A stretch of DNA of 64,000 nt. It comes from Phyllobates terribilis (lineage: Eukaryota). The DNA lies in assembly GCF_046119375.1 (NCBI RefSeq), contig NW_027362768.1, positions 80,910,001 through 80,974,000 on the forward strand. Reading direction: 5' to 3'. The notes under the pieces were generated by a model. It searched no databases and was not told the DNA's origin. It saw only the letters and a list, made by a program, of their open reading frames with translations. Both the position numbers and the translations under genes were made by a program. The stretch's first letter is position 1; every line of letters starts with the position of its first letter. Positions 24,101 through 35,025 of the stretch are shown piece after piece.

Positions 24101-25906
24101 TTTCTTTTGTGCATGTTTCTAAGCCAGCTGGACAGTTATATCACATGGTGATAGGACCATTAGAAAATCTCATCCATCTTGTTAGCCGCACTGCATCTTA
24201 CTACCAGAGTTCAGAAGTGGAGAGGTCCCGGCTCCAGCAGTGTAGTCTTCCCAATGTAATCATTCAGCCATAGATAAGCTGAATATACACATGCCTTAGC
24301 TGTTGTCTAAGGGTGCTTTCACATTGCGTTCAGGCACCTATTTGGTGGCCAATTGGAGGCTTATATCTGAACCTGCCCGCACCCCCCAAAGCGGGATTCG
24401 GACATATGCACCGACAAGGCCATAGACTATAATGGTGCCTGCAGAGCGAACGCACGTTCTGCCGTACATAATTTTCAAGAGTGTACGCCTACCGGAGGCG
24501 GACACCCAGATGTAGTGGACTACGTCTGATAGCCGCCTCCAGTAGGCGTACATGTTCAAAATTGACGCTCGTTCACTCTGCCGGCACCATTTATAGTCTG
24601 AGACATAAGCCTGCAAAGGGCGCCCGAACAGGTGTGGCCTGAACACAATGTGAAAGCACCCTTACACCTGTTGGACCACGATTTGCAAATGAGAAAATCT
24701 GGACGTTATATAGTCGTATAAATTTAGTTTTGATGATAGATTTTACAGGATGAGAGAGATTTTTAAAGGCTTAATATTTGGGGCACAAATTTATTTTTTC
24801 TACCTTTTTATTATAGCCCCACATAAAACTTTTACGAGAACGAATATATATATATATATATATATCTATCTATCTCGCACAGTGAAATAAAAATATAAAT
24901 ATATTACATAACAAACCTCATAATGGGCCTGAAACAAAAGAACATAATCTTCATATGTCTGTATACTTATGTATTGCAGTGTATCGTTCTTGTCAGTATA
25001 ACACACATCCTTTTGTCTAGCAGGGTGAAGGGGTAAACTGTAGAAGAGCACATACAACTGTGTTATGCTGATAATAATAAATTGTACCCCAACAATTAAG
25101 CTTTTAAAAATCTATCTCATCCTGCTAAAAAAACAAGCTAGAATTTGCCCATATCAGTGGAAAAATTAAAAGTTGGATTTCTAGAAATGCAGGATTCAAA
25201 TCCCCAAATATTTGCTTTTTAAAGAAGGTGATCTTCCTGATTTATAACAATCAGATGGCCACCTGCCATGACCTACACTGTTTAGTATTTGAGTTGGTGC
25301 GAATTGTTTCCCAGGACTCTGTCCATTGGCAGCATCGGTAATCTGTAGTAACTGGATGGGGGCCCTGAGTACCGCCTCCTGCCTGACTGCATCCATAGCT
25401 CTACTTTTGATTATTCAGCCTGGTGCGATGTCGCCTGTGCGTCACACCCCAACGATGACGTAGCGCCAGGTCCGCTAATCAAAAGAAGAGCCACGGATGC
25501 TGTCAGGCAGGAGGTGTTGTCTGGTCCCCGGACAAACCCCCAGCTATTCACTAATTGCCTATTAATTTGCATGCGATCCATTGTTCCCACATTACAACTC
25601 TGGACTATTAGCTTCTGCATTATTGCTGTGTCTTGTCTTTGCTATGCTTCTGCAACAGTATTCTTTTATTTCTTCCTTGTGGATAAGACTATATATAAAA
25701 GAAAGAAAATATATAATTCTCACTTTTCTACTTTACAGGTTGTACCACGGTTTGACTCTAAGGGGCAGGTTGTGAAAGCCCAAATCCTCAACATCAGCTG
25801 GTCCGCAGATCACAGGATTATCGACGGTGCGACGATGTCCCGATTTTCTAACCTATGGAAAACGTACTTGGAGAATCCCTCTGCCATGCTCCTGGATTTA
25901 AAATGA
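9956..25906 (+). CDS. DBT: Dihydrolipoamide branched-chain transacylase E2, mitochondrial; 11 exons, 1461 nt, 486 aa
   Basis: join(9956-10006,12490-12598,12834-12909,14455-14636,18534-18658,19976-20216,22758-22924,23513-23590,23681-23872,23970-24041,25739-25906). All GT-AG, frame continuous. Lipoyl motif [10 protein letters not shown]1-binding TPSVRRLA...GRILKEDI, catalytic DHRIIDG, C-terminus MLLDLK*. Confidence 0.98.
10165..10516 (+). mobile_element. Helitron PIF1-like helicase fragment (pseudogenic) in DBT intron 1
   Basis: Reads [29 protein letters not shown], then after a frameshift/deletion [28 protein letters not shown]. Ends near ...CGGGCTGCTAG|T, a Helitron-like CTAG 3' end. Confidence 0.75.
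10517..10610. repeat. (TG)/(TA)/(ATAG) compound microsatellite
   Basis: Direct reading. Confidence 0.9.
12490..12598 (+). CDS. DBT: DBT exon 2 (109 nt)
   Basis: ccccAG|ACC AGT GTT...GCC TCT G|GTaagc; phase fits exons 1 and 3. Confidence 0.85.
12834..12909 (+). CDS. DBT: DBT exon 3 (76 nt)
   Basis: [26 protein letters not shown]; AG/GT boundaries. Confidence 0.96.
14015..14313. mobile_element. hAT-type palindromic MITE
   Basis: TAGTGTTGAGCGAGTATGTTCT / AGAACATACTCGCTCAACCCTA termini; almost the whole element is self-complementary; degenerate 8-bp TSD CTGATGAC/CTCATCAC. Confidence 0.8.
14455..14636 (+). CDS. DBT: DBT exon 4 (182 nt, lipoyl-lysine)
   Basis: [32 protein letters not shown]...VVK; AG/GT boundaries. 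Confidence 0.97.
14864..15025 (+). mobile_element. Perfect 58-bp inverted repeat with 21-nt loop and short tail (Penelope-type inverted pseudo-LTR relic)
   Basis: Arms 14864-14921 and 14943-15000 are exact reverse complements. The junction reads GAAAGCTTGC, resembling a hammerhead 3' half. Confidence 0.6.
15031..15112. repeat. (TA)41 microsatellite at the Tc1 target site
   Basis: Direct reading; abuts the left TIR. Confidence 0.95.
15113..16741 (-). mobile_element. Full-length Tc1/mariner DD38E (Intruder-type) transposon in DBT intron 4
   Basis: TIRs of about 268 bp (15113-15380 and 16475-16741), TA flanks, intact transposase ORF. Confidence 0.93.
15276..16328 (-). CDS. Intact Tc1-family transposase, 350 aa, DD38E triad
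   Basis: Paired-like HTH, GRPR motif, WSDESKF (D1), FQQDNDPKH (D2), [11 protein letters not shown] (E). I count 38 residues between D2 and E. Confidence 0.93.
   Translation of the reverse strand: MARIKQLSKEKRVAIITLRNESQSVRKIGKTLKVSPSAVAKTIKRYKETGSHEDRPRKGRPRVTSASEDKFIRVTSLRNRRLTAAQIRDQVNTTQSSSSRHISTTTAKRRLCAAGLHGKITARKPLLRTGNKQKRLVWAKEHKEWTLDQWKSVLWSDESKFEIFGSNHRVFVRRRKGERMDSTCLVPTVKHGGGGMMVWGSFAGDTVGDLFKIEGILNQHGYHSILQWHAIPSCLRLVGPSFIFQQDNDPKHTSRLCKGYLTKRESDGVLRQMTWPPQSPDLNPIEMVWGELDRRVKAKGPTNAKHLWELLQDCWKTISGDYLLKLIKRMPRVCKAVITAKGGCFEEPRI
17018..17353. mobile_element. PIF/Harbinger-like MITE (degenerate)
   Basis: GGGTTATGTGCACACGTT...AACTTGTGCTCCTACCC termini. Confidence 0.55.
18534..18658 (+). 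CDS. DBT: DBT exon 5 (125 nt)
   Basis: [12 protein letters not shown]...[16 protein letters not shown]; AG/GT boundaries. Confidence 0.96.
19443..19478 (+). ncRNA. Minimal type I hammerhead-ribozyme-like relic in DBT intron 5
   Basis: CCC CTGAAGA T GCC TGGACA GGT GAAAC CT GTT AGG: both core boxes present, 3-bp stem II, stem I mismatch at the cleavage site; AATAAA downstream. Confidence 0.45.
19976..20216 (+). CDS. DBT: DBT exon 6 (241 nt)
   Basis: [24 protein letters not shown]...DVTEPLK; AG/GT boundaries. Confidence 0.96.
20269..21504 (+). mobile_element. Tc1 DD34E transposon, frameshifted and internally deleted, 52 bp downstream of DBT exon 6
   Basis: TA|CACTGCTCAAAAAAATAAAGGGAACACT ... 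AGTGTTCCCTTTATTTTTTTTGAGCAGTG|TA. Transposase pieces with [15 protein letters not shown] and (shifted) SPDLNPIEH give a spacing of 34. Confidence 0.92.
21739..22383. mobile_element. Solo LTR (645 bp)
   Basis: TGTCATG...CATGACA with perfect 5-bp TSD GAAAT. Confidence 0.8.
22758..22924 (+). CDS. DBT: DBT exon 7 (167 nt)
   Basis: [24 protein letters not shown]...MPFFLK. Confidence 0.97.
23513..23590 (+). CDS. DBT: DBT exon 8 (78 nt)
   Basis: [26 protein letters not shown]. Confidence 0.97.
23681..23872 (+). CDS. DBT: DBT exon 9 (192 nt)
   Basis: [21 protein letters not shown]...[11 protein letters not shown]. Confidence 0.97.
23970..24041 (+). CDS. DBT: DBT exon 10 (72 nt)
   Basis: [24 protein letters not shown]. 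Confidence 0.97.
24311..24661. mobile_element. PIF/Harbinger-like MITE
   Basis: TIR GGGTGCTTTCACATTG / CAATGTGAAAGCACCC flanked by TAA/TTA. Confidence 0.8.
25739..25906 (+). CDS. DBT: DBT exon 11 coding part (168 nt)
   Basis: VVPRFDSKG...[20 protein letters not shown]...LLDLK*. Confidence 0.97.
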   Translation, partial: VVPRFDSKGQVVKAQILNISWSADHRIIDGATMSRFSNLWKTYLENPSAMLLDLK

Positions 25907-26559
25907 AATCTGTGAAGGGAGGGGAGGAGGCGTTTATTTTTCCTCCATCAACAGGGATAGGGGTCTCATCCCACCATAACAAAACCTCAACTTGTTTTCC
26001 CACCCAGTGGGAGCCACCTAAATCTGACTGCCTTACAGGCAAATATGTCATAAGCACAAGTACAGGCCAGCTGCTCGGGGGTTGGGTCCTTTAACTCTTA
26101 GTATGTGTTCATACACCAAAAAATGGTTTTTGAAGGACATCTGCTATACGGACATCAGGCAGTGCCCACCAGTACAACACGCTAATGTAAGTTTCCCTCT
26201 TTATTGTGTTCTTCCAATATGGACGTCCGGTTGTAAGTGTTAGTGTTATAAACCAGCCATGGAAGAAATCTGCCCTGAAATGTACTGGAGCCCATTCTTA
26301 AGGCGGAACAAACCTAGGTCTGCCACCGCTGCTGCATGAGCCTCATCAGACATTGAGGTTCTAGGTCATTCAGTGGGAGGACGGCATCCCAGACTGTTAC
26401 ACTACATACCGATCAATCCAAACCTTGTGATTACTGTGCTGAGTGTGCCTGTGTCTGTAATACTGTGGGATGTAATAATGTGTAGATTTGTGCAGAGTGA
26501 TACTAAAAAGAGACTTGCACTCCATGTCCCCGTACGTCTCAACGCTGCTGGTGCAAATG

Positions 26560-26620
26560 AATAAAATGGGACCGTTGAAAAATGTTTTCTTTTTTGTTTT
26601 GTGTTTCTTTTGTTGTTTTT
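26560..26620 (+). terminator. Probable DBT polyadenylation signal
   Basis: AATAAA at 26560-26565 followed by a T/GT-rich downstream element, about 650 nt after the stop. Confidence 0.65.
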
Positions 26621-26624
26621 TTAA

Positions 26625-28316
26625 CCCCTTAACGACCGCGGATACGAATTAAAATGGTGACCATTAAGGGGCCTTATTCCCTCATTGCTGTATTGCCGTT
26701 TTAAAAAGGCGATCGAGGATAAGACTGTAGCGCCCCCCCCCCCCCCCCCCCCCAGAGTCGGAAAGTCTCTGGGGTCTAAGCTGCTAGGGGTAGCGGAGAA
26801 CGTGATCAAGGCCGGTTTTTCCTGTCCCCGATAACGTGATCACAGAGAAAAAAGTGTACCCCCTGCTTACAATGATTTCTCTCTACAGGGTCTATCACAA
26901 TGATCAAAAGCAAAAAATTAGTAAATCAAATCCCCCTTTTTCACCCCCGTTAGTTATATATTTTTTATTTTAGAATTTTTATCTATTTTTTTCCATTCTT
27001 TGCCGTTGGGGTTTGGGGTTAGGATTGGGATTTTTTCAAGAGGAAAGAAAAAAAAATGATATGGCGACTAGTGTTGAGCGCAAGTGCTCGCTACTTGAGT
27101 ATGCACAGAGTATAGTGGGTGCTCGAGTGACATGCTCGAGTCTCCGCCCCAATGTTTTGCAGATGTTATACAGCCAAGAAAGACACGCGGGTATTGCCTG
27201 CGATCCCCGCATGTTTTTTTTTGGGTGTCTAATAACTGTGAAACATGTGGGTGGGGACTCGAGCACCTGCGATACTTGGTGCATACCTGAGTACCCGATG
27301 CAAACTCAAGTAGCGAGCACTTGCGCTCAAGACTAATGACAACATTAGGTCATCATATTGAATAAGTTATCAAATTCTGTGTCGTACCTCTGGGTTCAAA
27401 ATGTTCACTATACCCCTTGATAAAATCCTCGAGGGGTCTAGTTTCCAAAATGGGGTCACTTGTGTCTAAACAGTGGAAACCCCCCATATCAGGGGCTCCC
27501 CAAACGCGACATGGCGTCCACTCTAGACTCCAGTCAATTTTGCATTCAAAAAGTCAAATGGCGCTACTTCCCTTCCGAGCCCTGCCGTGCGCTCAAAAAG
27601 TGGTTTTCCCTCACATAATGGGGTATCTGCGGGCTCAGGAGAAATTGCACAACAAATTTTGGGGTCCATTTTCTCTCCTTACCCTTGTGAAACTTAAAAA
27701 AAAAAAATTGGGGTCTGAAGTAAAATTTGTGAAAAAAGTTAATGTTCATTTTTTCCTTCCACGTTGATTCAGTTCCTGTGAAGCACATGAATGGTTAATA
27801 AACTTCTTGAATGTGGTTTTGAGCACCTTGAGGGGTGCAGTTTTTAGAATGGTGTCACTTTTGGGTATTTTCTGTCATAAAGACCCCTCAGTCACATCAA
27901 ATGTGATGTGGTCCCTAAAAATGGTTTTGTAAAAATGAGAAATCGCAGGTCAACTTTTAACCCTTACAGCTGCCTAACAAACAAAAATTTGTTTAAAAAA
28001 ATTGATTGAATCCTTATGTCCTTAAAAGTTTGAAAATGGCAAAACTTTTGCCAATTTTCAGTTTTTTTTATTTTTTTTTCCACAAATAAACGCCAGTCCT
28101 ATTGAAGAAATTTTACCACAATCATGAAGTACAATATGTCACGAGAAAAACAGTCTCAGAATCAGCAGGATCCGTTGAAGCGTTCCAGGGTAATTACCTC
28201 ATAAAGTGACAGCGGTCAGAATTGTAAAAATTATGGTACAAAAAAGGGGATACCAAAAAATTTTAAATTTGGCTTGGTCATTAAGAACATAATTGGCTCT
28301 GTCACTAAAGGGGGGG
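26625..28316. mobile_element. Non-autonomous TTAA-type (piggyBac-like) element, composite
   Basis: TTAA|CCCCTTAACGACC left end; ...GTCACTAAAGGGG right end; shares ~27000-27500 with 63040-63600. Confidence 0.65.
27069..27335. mobile_element. hAT-type MITE embedded in the TTAA element
   Basis: TAGTGTTGAGCGCAAGTGCTCGCTAC termini; degenerate 8-bp TSD ATGGCGAC/ATGACAAC. Confidence 0.8.
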
Positions 28317-31300
28317 GGTACATGCTTATATGGCCATCTGGTCCAGGGTTTATTTTATTAGAAAGATTATAGCTATTTTGACAATTTGGTTAAGGGGGAT
28401 CTGTCAGTAACAACACCCACCCCACGCACACACACTAGCCCTCAAGTTGCATATATGGGAGACATCCATATTGAGATATATATTGCAATTATTGACCTAG
28501 GAAACTATATTCGATGATCAATAAGTATGTCAGACGGACATAAATTACAGACACAAGGATGACGACAATGTGGATGACTATCATTTTTCATACCCTTGTC
28601 TGCAGCTGACACTTTTCCTGCGTGACTGGCTTTAGACTTTCTCTGGTACATATAGAAGGAACGCTGTACTCCATAGGATTCAGTGGACTTAATTTATCAA
28701 GACTGGCGTTTTGCATGCATTAATGAATGGAGCGGTGGAATAAGATGCGTCATACTTATTAAGGACGTGTGCACCTCTTAATGAATGTAGGTTGTCTTTC
28801 AGCTGCTGTCTGTAAGAATCTGAATAGAACTCAAGTCTCTGATTAGAGTGAATTTCATAATTTGTCACTTTTGTGGCTTAAATGATGATGAATTTGCTGG
28901 CCGTTCTTTGACCATGCCCTGCCTAGTTCTATAAAAGATGAAATGGATGGGATTGGCATAAAAAAAATGGCAAGTGTCACAACTTTTTTTGCCCAATCTA
29001 CAAATTAGACCAAAAAAATATTGTGCTGTTTTACATCAGAATTCAATAATGAATTAGGACCAATGTGCTTTGTTTCATGCCAGCATCCAAAGCACCACTT
29101 GGTTTATTTCAGTCCCCCGGTGCTATACTCAACAGCCTCCATCTTCTGCTCTTCCCGGCTCCGCTCCTGTCCCGCACCCCCATCTTGTGACTGCAGCTCC
29201 TGACTGACCGGAAGTCAGAGGTAACGGTCACAAGCTCTCAATGTAAGTCTATGAAGGCCACATTCTGGTTACACTAAGCAGTAACCTCCGGTCACCCAGC
29301 AAACACTGGAGCAGTCCGGCAGGTCACAACCTGCAGAAGACGACTGTAGCAGCCCCGAGAACAGAAGACGGCAGCTGGTAAGTATTACTAGGGGCAGGGG
29401 ATTTACATTAGTGACACCACACTGCACCTTAAGTCATCAGTTGTTTAGTCTCTGACAATCTTTCATAATCCAACTAATTGAAATGTTTATCTGTTGCATA
29501 TTTTTGGGGAGAAAACAATAGAATCACTTCAGCATTTGTCCCCTTTATTCACATAGTTTGTGTGTTTTCCTGATCAACATGTTAATGGGGAAACCAGGAC
29601 TGAAAAGTGTTAGTGACTGTCAGTGTTCTGCACATTACTCTTCTGCCACTGTAACAGGTCATCTTTTTTTAATGCAATTTTTGACGTTTTTATGCCAACT
29701 TTTCAAAAAGTGGGCGGAGCTCACTCGGGGGGGGGGGGGGGGGTCAGTGGTTTTGTGAGGCCAACAATGCCATGTATTGGGACCTGTCTTTTGACATATA
29801 GAAGGTGAAAACGTTTATGTACAGATGGTCATTGCAAAGAAAGCAAGTGCAAGTCCTTAGACACCTCTTTCCACTGACTGTGCCTGGTTATATGCTGAAT
29901 ATCCTTGTGTCTGGACTTGTATACAGTGCATTTGTGTCCATGCATATACTTGTGGTGACTAAGCAGCAAGCGGGGGCTGCAGACGCTGGAGAGAGGACCC
30001 CGAGCAGCACAGGGATGGGTTTCCTGGGTGACTCTACTAGTCCTAGGAATCTTTGCTTTGACCTCTGTGCATGTACATAGTTGTGTGTATTACGAGTGTG
30101 CATGGAATTTACATACGTCTCTCTATAAGCTGTAGGAAAATGTAAAGCTCCCAGTAATCCCAGCACGCCATGGAAACACTTCATCGCCAGCATGTTCCTA
30201 AAGCCTCTTCTGTAGTATTTTAATTCAATAAAAATATATGGAAAATACTCTTGGTGCCGTAGATCTGACACAGCTGTAATCTGATTACTTAAAAATACTA
30301 TTCCCTTAGATGAACATAGAACGCTGTTAAAAAAAAAAAAAAAAAAAAATTATAATATGTCCCTTATTGTATACAATTAACAAACATGCAATGCTCTAAA
30401 ACAATACGCAGAAAGCTCTAAAACGCACCATGTAAAAACATTCCAAATTATGTGTTTCTGTTTTTTTTTGTGGCGTTAAAGATGGCATAAAAAAAAACAG
30501 ATGAAATTAAACTCTGTGCAATGACAGTAGGGCGGGTTCAGATGAGTATACGAAAAATCGTCCATTTTACATCCAACAATCTCCCTTTTTTTATCTGTGT
30601 GCGCCTTAATATTTAATGTAGTGGTTTTTTATCTCCTTTTTTTTTTCTGCATGTATTTGGTCAAAAAAAGGCTGCAGCCAGATAAAAAAAAAATGAAACG
30701 CAAAACACACATTGAGGGACACTAATTTTTGCGGGTTTTCTGGCATACAAAAAAAGTTGCAAATTATGACCATAGTTATGCCATCCTTTAACTTTTTGGC
30801 GGTTTCTCCGCTGCTTACGTTAAGCGAGGCACCTAATTTACTAAGAAGTGTGCACCTATTAATAAATCAAGCGCATCTTGCACTAGCGGATTTTTTGTGT
30901 GTTTATTTTTCACTTTGTGTTTTTTGATTGTTGCTTTTTATTTTTTTTTCCTTCCACATTGTGTTTGTTTTTCCTGCAGGAGGAAAAATAATGCAGCTAC
31001 TAAAACACATTCATTTAAAAAAATAAAAAAAAGTAACAAAAGAACAGTTTCAATAAATGCAGTTAGAAGAGAAGAAAAAAAAATGTTTTTACAGAAAACA
31101 AAAATTATTTATTTATTTATTTTTTTTTTACAGAAAGCAATGCAGAGAAGGTATGTATGAACCCAGGGTTAAATCCACATGTAACACATTGGTGCAGGAA
31201 TATCCCCCGCCGTGTGAAGATGTAAATAAGCTTACAAATCCATGGCATTAGTTCCAGCGTTTCTGCCCAGACTGACAGCTTGCAGGCTCTGCCAATATGA

Positions 31301-32536
31301 ACCAGACTTGGTACAATAAATGATCTTGTAAAGCGGCTTGTAAATGAGGCCGTGTGGGAATAAATGGTTACTATGTTTACTGAATGCATAGGATGGGGAC
31401 AGAAAGATTTTGTGTAGGACCTGAAGCTTTATTTTAAAGGGTCCTCGTGACTGTGTTTTGAGCCTGGTAGAATAACAGGAGTACAATATATGTAGAGGAG
31501 GGGAGGAAGGGCACCGGGTCTCATGGCAACATCATAATGCTGGAATAGCATCCAGTTGTGGGAGTGGGCAGCTTTATTTCTAGACTGGAGTCAAAGTACC
31601 AGAGAACGTCAAGGACTGATGAGGACAACAAAGCAGGACTGTGGATAAACACCGGAGTAAACCATATGCAGAAGAAGAAGGATCGACTGTAATGACAGAG
31701 CGCTGTGGTGGCTCGAGATTTTGGGACTTGGCTATAAATTGAGGAGCAGAAGGTAACTTCAAGGCATCGGAAGAGGAAACATTCATTTTTTTGGGAAGGC
31801 AATTACATCATAAGCTTGGTATGTGAAATCGTAAAACATTTGCACATCTGTATGGTTGCTGTCATGTGTATCATAAGTAATAGTTGTATCGGAGGAGCAC
31901 GTATCAGTAGTCATATCGCTGATGGCTAAAGGTTGAGGAATTAGATACAGCCATATATGAGAGAAGATTATATAAATGGGTAGGCACAGATATATATGAA
32001 TATCAATATGGTTATCAAAAGGGTGCGACAAGGGCCTTGCAGATAATTAATGTAGATTAAAGAGAGAAAAGACACAAGGCAAGAGACAAACGCTGTGCAC
32101 TCACATTATTTTAGAAAAATACAAAAGATCTTTATTGAATATATAGCAGACAACACATGTGCAAAAGACTTTTAAAAACATTTAAAACAACCAATATACA
32201 AGTTGTTCCAATATGCATAACGGGTTCAGGTATAATAACTCAAGAATCCTCTTAGTCTTGCAGAGCAGGAATTAAATTAATATTACCACGAAAAGTAAAA
32301 ATCATTATTGAAAGCCTCTTCCCCCATAGGAATAAATTTAAAGGTAGGTCTTATATTTGATCCAGATAAATTAAGACCTGTGGCACAAAATAAACAATCA
32401 CCAAACAACACCCCAAAGGTCACCAAGGGAATCCTCTGGGTGAGTGGTGGAAATATCTCAAGGAGATTGACTAATACCCTATTAAAGTCCCATGAATAAG
32501 GTGATTGGGGAAAGGTTTTACCTGCATGCTGGACCA

Positions 32537-32576
32537 CCCAACGCGTGCCGCTGCTCCAAGGCAGCTTCGTCAGGGG
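32537..32576 (-). ncRNA. Hammerhead-ribozyme-like motif in the pseudo-LTR, core mutated
   Basis: CCC CTGACGA A GCTGC CTTGGA GCAGC GGCAC GC GTT GGG: stems I and II perfect, GAAA replaced by GGCA. Confidence 0.6.
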
Positions 32577-33560
32577 TAAGTAAGCATATGAAGCGTCTGC
32601 TTTTTAGATCCTAACTAATTAGTACCAGTGACCAAAAAAGTGGCATCAGCTGTCTATCTGTGATTAAGGGGAGGCGTAGCCCAAGATGCGGTGTGCGTTT
32701 CAGCCGGTTAAGCGCACTGACCTGACATATATGTTGCTTAGTATTCTGCTGGCGTCACATCCGATATTCAGAGGCGCTCCAGCCAGCAATCACGGCTGAG
32801 CGCTAGCCGGATGTGACGTCACAAGTCAAAGAAACAGGAACTTGATCATGCGTTCCACCATGTGGAACGCATAAGCCGGAAGTGAGAGATCTAATCTTAG
32901 GTTGGCGTCATATCCTATATGGCTGCATGGTATGCGTTCCAACTGAGGATCACGGTGGGACACAAACCGGATATGTCATTTGGGCGATCAGCCTGTGGGC
33001 ACCAGGCAGCAGGAAAAGAAAAAAGAAAGGAAAAAGAGGGGGAAAGAAAAAAGGGGAAAAGGTAGGCAAAGGGAATGCGTTCCAACAACGAGTCTAGTGG
33101 AACGCAAACTGAAGATAACGCGTCCACTATCAAAAAAAACGGTAAAGTAAATATCAGTAAAAATATATATGAAAAAACAGACAAACAATTGTACTAGACA
33201 ATAACTGACAAATTACACCAAACAAGACTAGACGCATGAAACAAAGCTCATTACATAAAACAACACAATAGACATATAGGGGATTGTGATCAGTGAACAC
33301 ATAGGGAAAGGGAGCCACATGACATAAATAACAATACATATACTTACCATCTCCGTAAATCGATGCCACCCAATTAGAGATTGAGCTGAGAAAATAGCAG
33401 TAAACCCCGGATCAGAACAATGCAGAGATAAGACAAGGCTCAATGAGGACGGACCAGGGATCAGACCGGCACAAACTAGACAAAAGGCAAAAAATGGTAT
33501 GAGATAACGGACCAGAGAAAGGCACCATTCTAAAAAGGGCACCATAGAACTATCCAGATC

Positions 33561-34850
33561 CTAATTTAAGTATCCTGCGAAGGAGAAATCCTCATTAATT
33601 CCTCTAGGGGCAACCGAATCCAGTAAAAATATCCATCTGGATTCAGATCTTAGCAGGTCATTGGAGTAATCAGTTTTACGTGAATTTGGATTCATTTTTT
33701 GAAGGCCTATTACCTGTAGATAACTCGGGCTACCAGAGTGGAATTGGAGAAAATGGGCTGCCACACATGAAATAGACCGTCCCTTTTTCAAGTCCTGTTC
33801 CGCAAGATTAATGTTAGAGATGTGCTGCTGAACTCTCTTGCGCAACTCCTGAGATGTTTGTCCCACATATATCTTAGGGCACATACATTTAAGAGCATAA
33901 ACAACATTGGATGTCCTACAGTTTATGAAGCCCTTAAGGGGATACCGTGCATTATCAATGGGATTAATGAAAGTTTTTTCCGGAAGGAAAAATGGACACA
34001 CAGAACAATCACCACACGGGTAAGAACCTCTGAAACGAATGCCTCCAGAGGTATGACGTGTGTAGTGACATTTTACAAGCTCATCTTTAAGGCTAGGTGC
34101 ACGCCTAGCCGTTATTAAAGGCTTGTCGGATATGATTCCCGATAAGCACATTTGTCTGTCCTGAGTATGTTCCAGTGTCGACCCAATACCTCATTAAAAT
34201 GATTCCATTGATTATTAAATCTCGTGATGAATCTAATTTGGGAGTCATTGGTCTTGATTTAAGATTGTAAAAGCAATTCACGTGACTTAGCCAAGATCTT
34301 TTGATGTGCTTTAGAAACAACCGATCTGGGGTATCCCCGTTCCCGGAACCTGTAGGTCAGATCTCTGGCCTCCAACCTGTAATCATGGTTATTAGAACAG
34401 TTCCTCTTAATTCTTGAGAATTGTCCAACCGGTATTCCATTCTTCAAATTTCAAGGATGGAAACTATGGTAATGCAATAGGCTGTTTGTTGCTGTTTCTT
34501 TTCTGTATAGCTTTGTTATATGGGAATTGCCTGCCACACTAATCTCCGAATCCAGGAGATTTACTGTAATAGAAGAAATTTTATACGTCAAATGAATATT
34601 GAGGTTATTGCCATTTAGCATCCCAATAAAGACCAAACCTCCGATTCAGTGCCCGTCCAGACCACAAGGATATCGTCTATAAACCGTAAACATCTGTAGA
34701 CGTGTTCACAAAAATCCGGCCTAGGGTACACATGTGTGCCATCCCACCAACCCATGAATAGGTTGGCGAAGAAGGGCTCACAACATGCACCCATAGCAGT
34801 CCCCGAGATCTGGCGGTAAAATGTGTGTTCAAAAACGAAGTAATTATGTG
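33561..34850 (-). pseudogene. Penelope RT C-terminal half plus GIY-YIG endonuclease (frameshifted)
   Basis: NYFVF...GTAMG...RFIDD RT motifs; LYRKET..LH..S.HP thumb; CGDCSVC linker; VVYALKCMCPKIYVGQT...H GIY-YIG domain; E..WI..L....P.GIN C-terminus. Confidence 0.9.
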
Positions 34851-34985
34851 TTAACCGTCTGAAACGCACACCGCATCGTGGGCCATGCCTCCCCTTAATC
34901 ACAGATAGACAGCTGCTGCCACTTTTTTGGTCACTGGTACTAATTAGTTAGGATATAAAAAGCAGACACTTCATATGCTTACTTA

Positions 34986-35025
34986 CCCCTGACGAAGCTG
35001 CCTTGGAGCAGCGACACACGTTGGG
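34986..35025 (+). ncRNA. Hammerhead-ribozyme-like motif in the inverted pseudo-LTR, core mutated
   Basis: CCC CTGACGA A GCTGC CTTGGA GCAGC GACAC AC GTT GGG: GAAA replaced by GACA. Confidence 0.6.
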
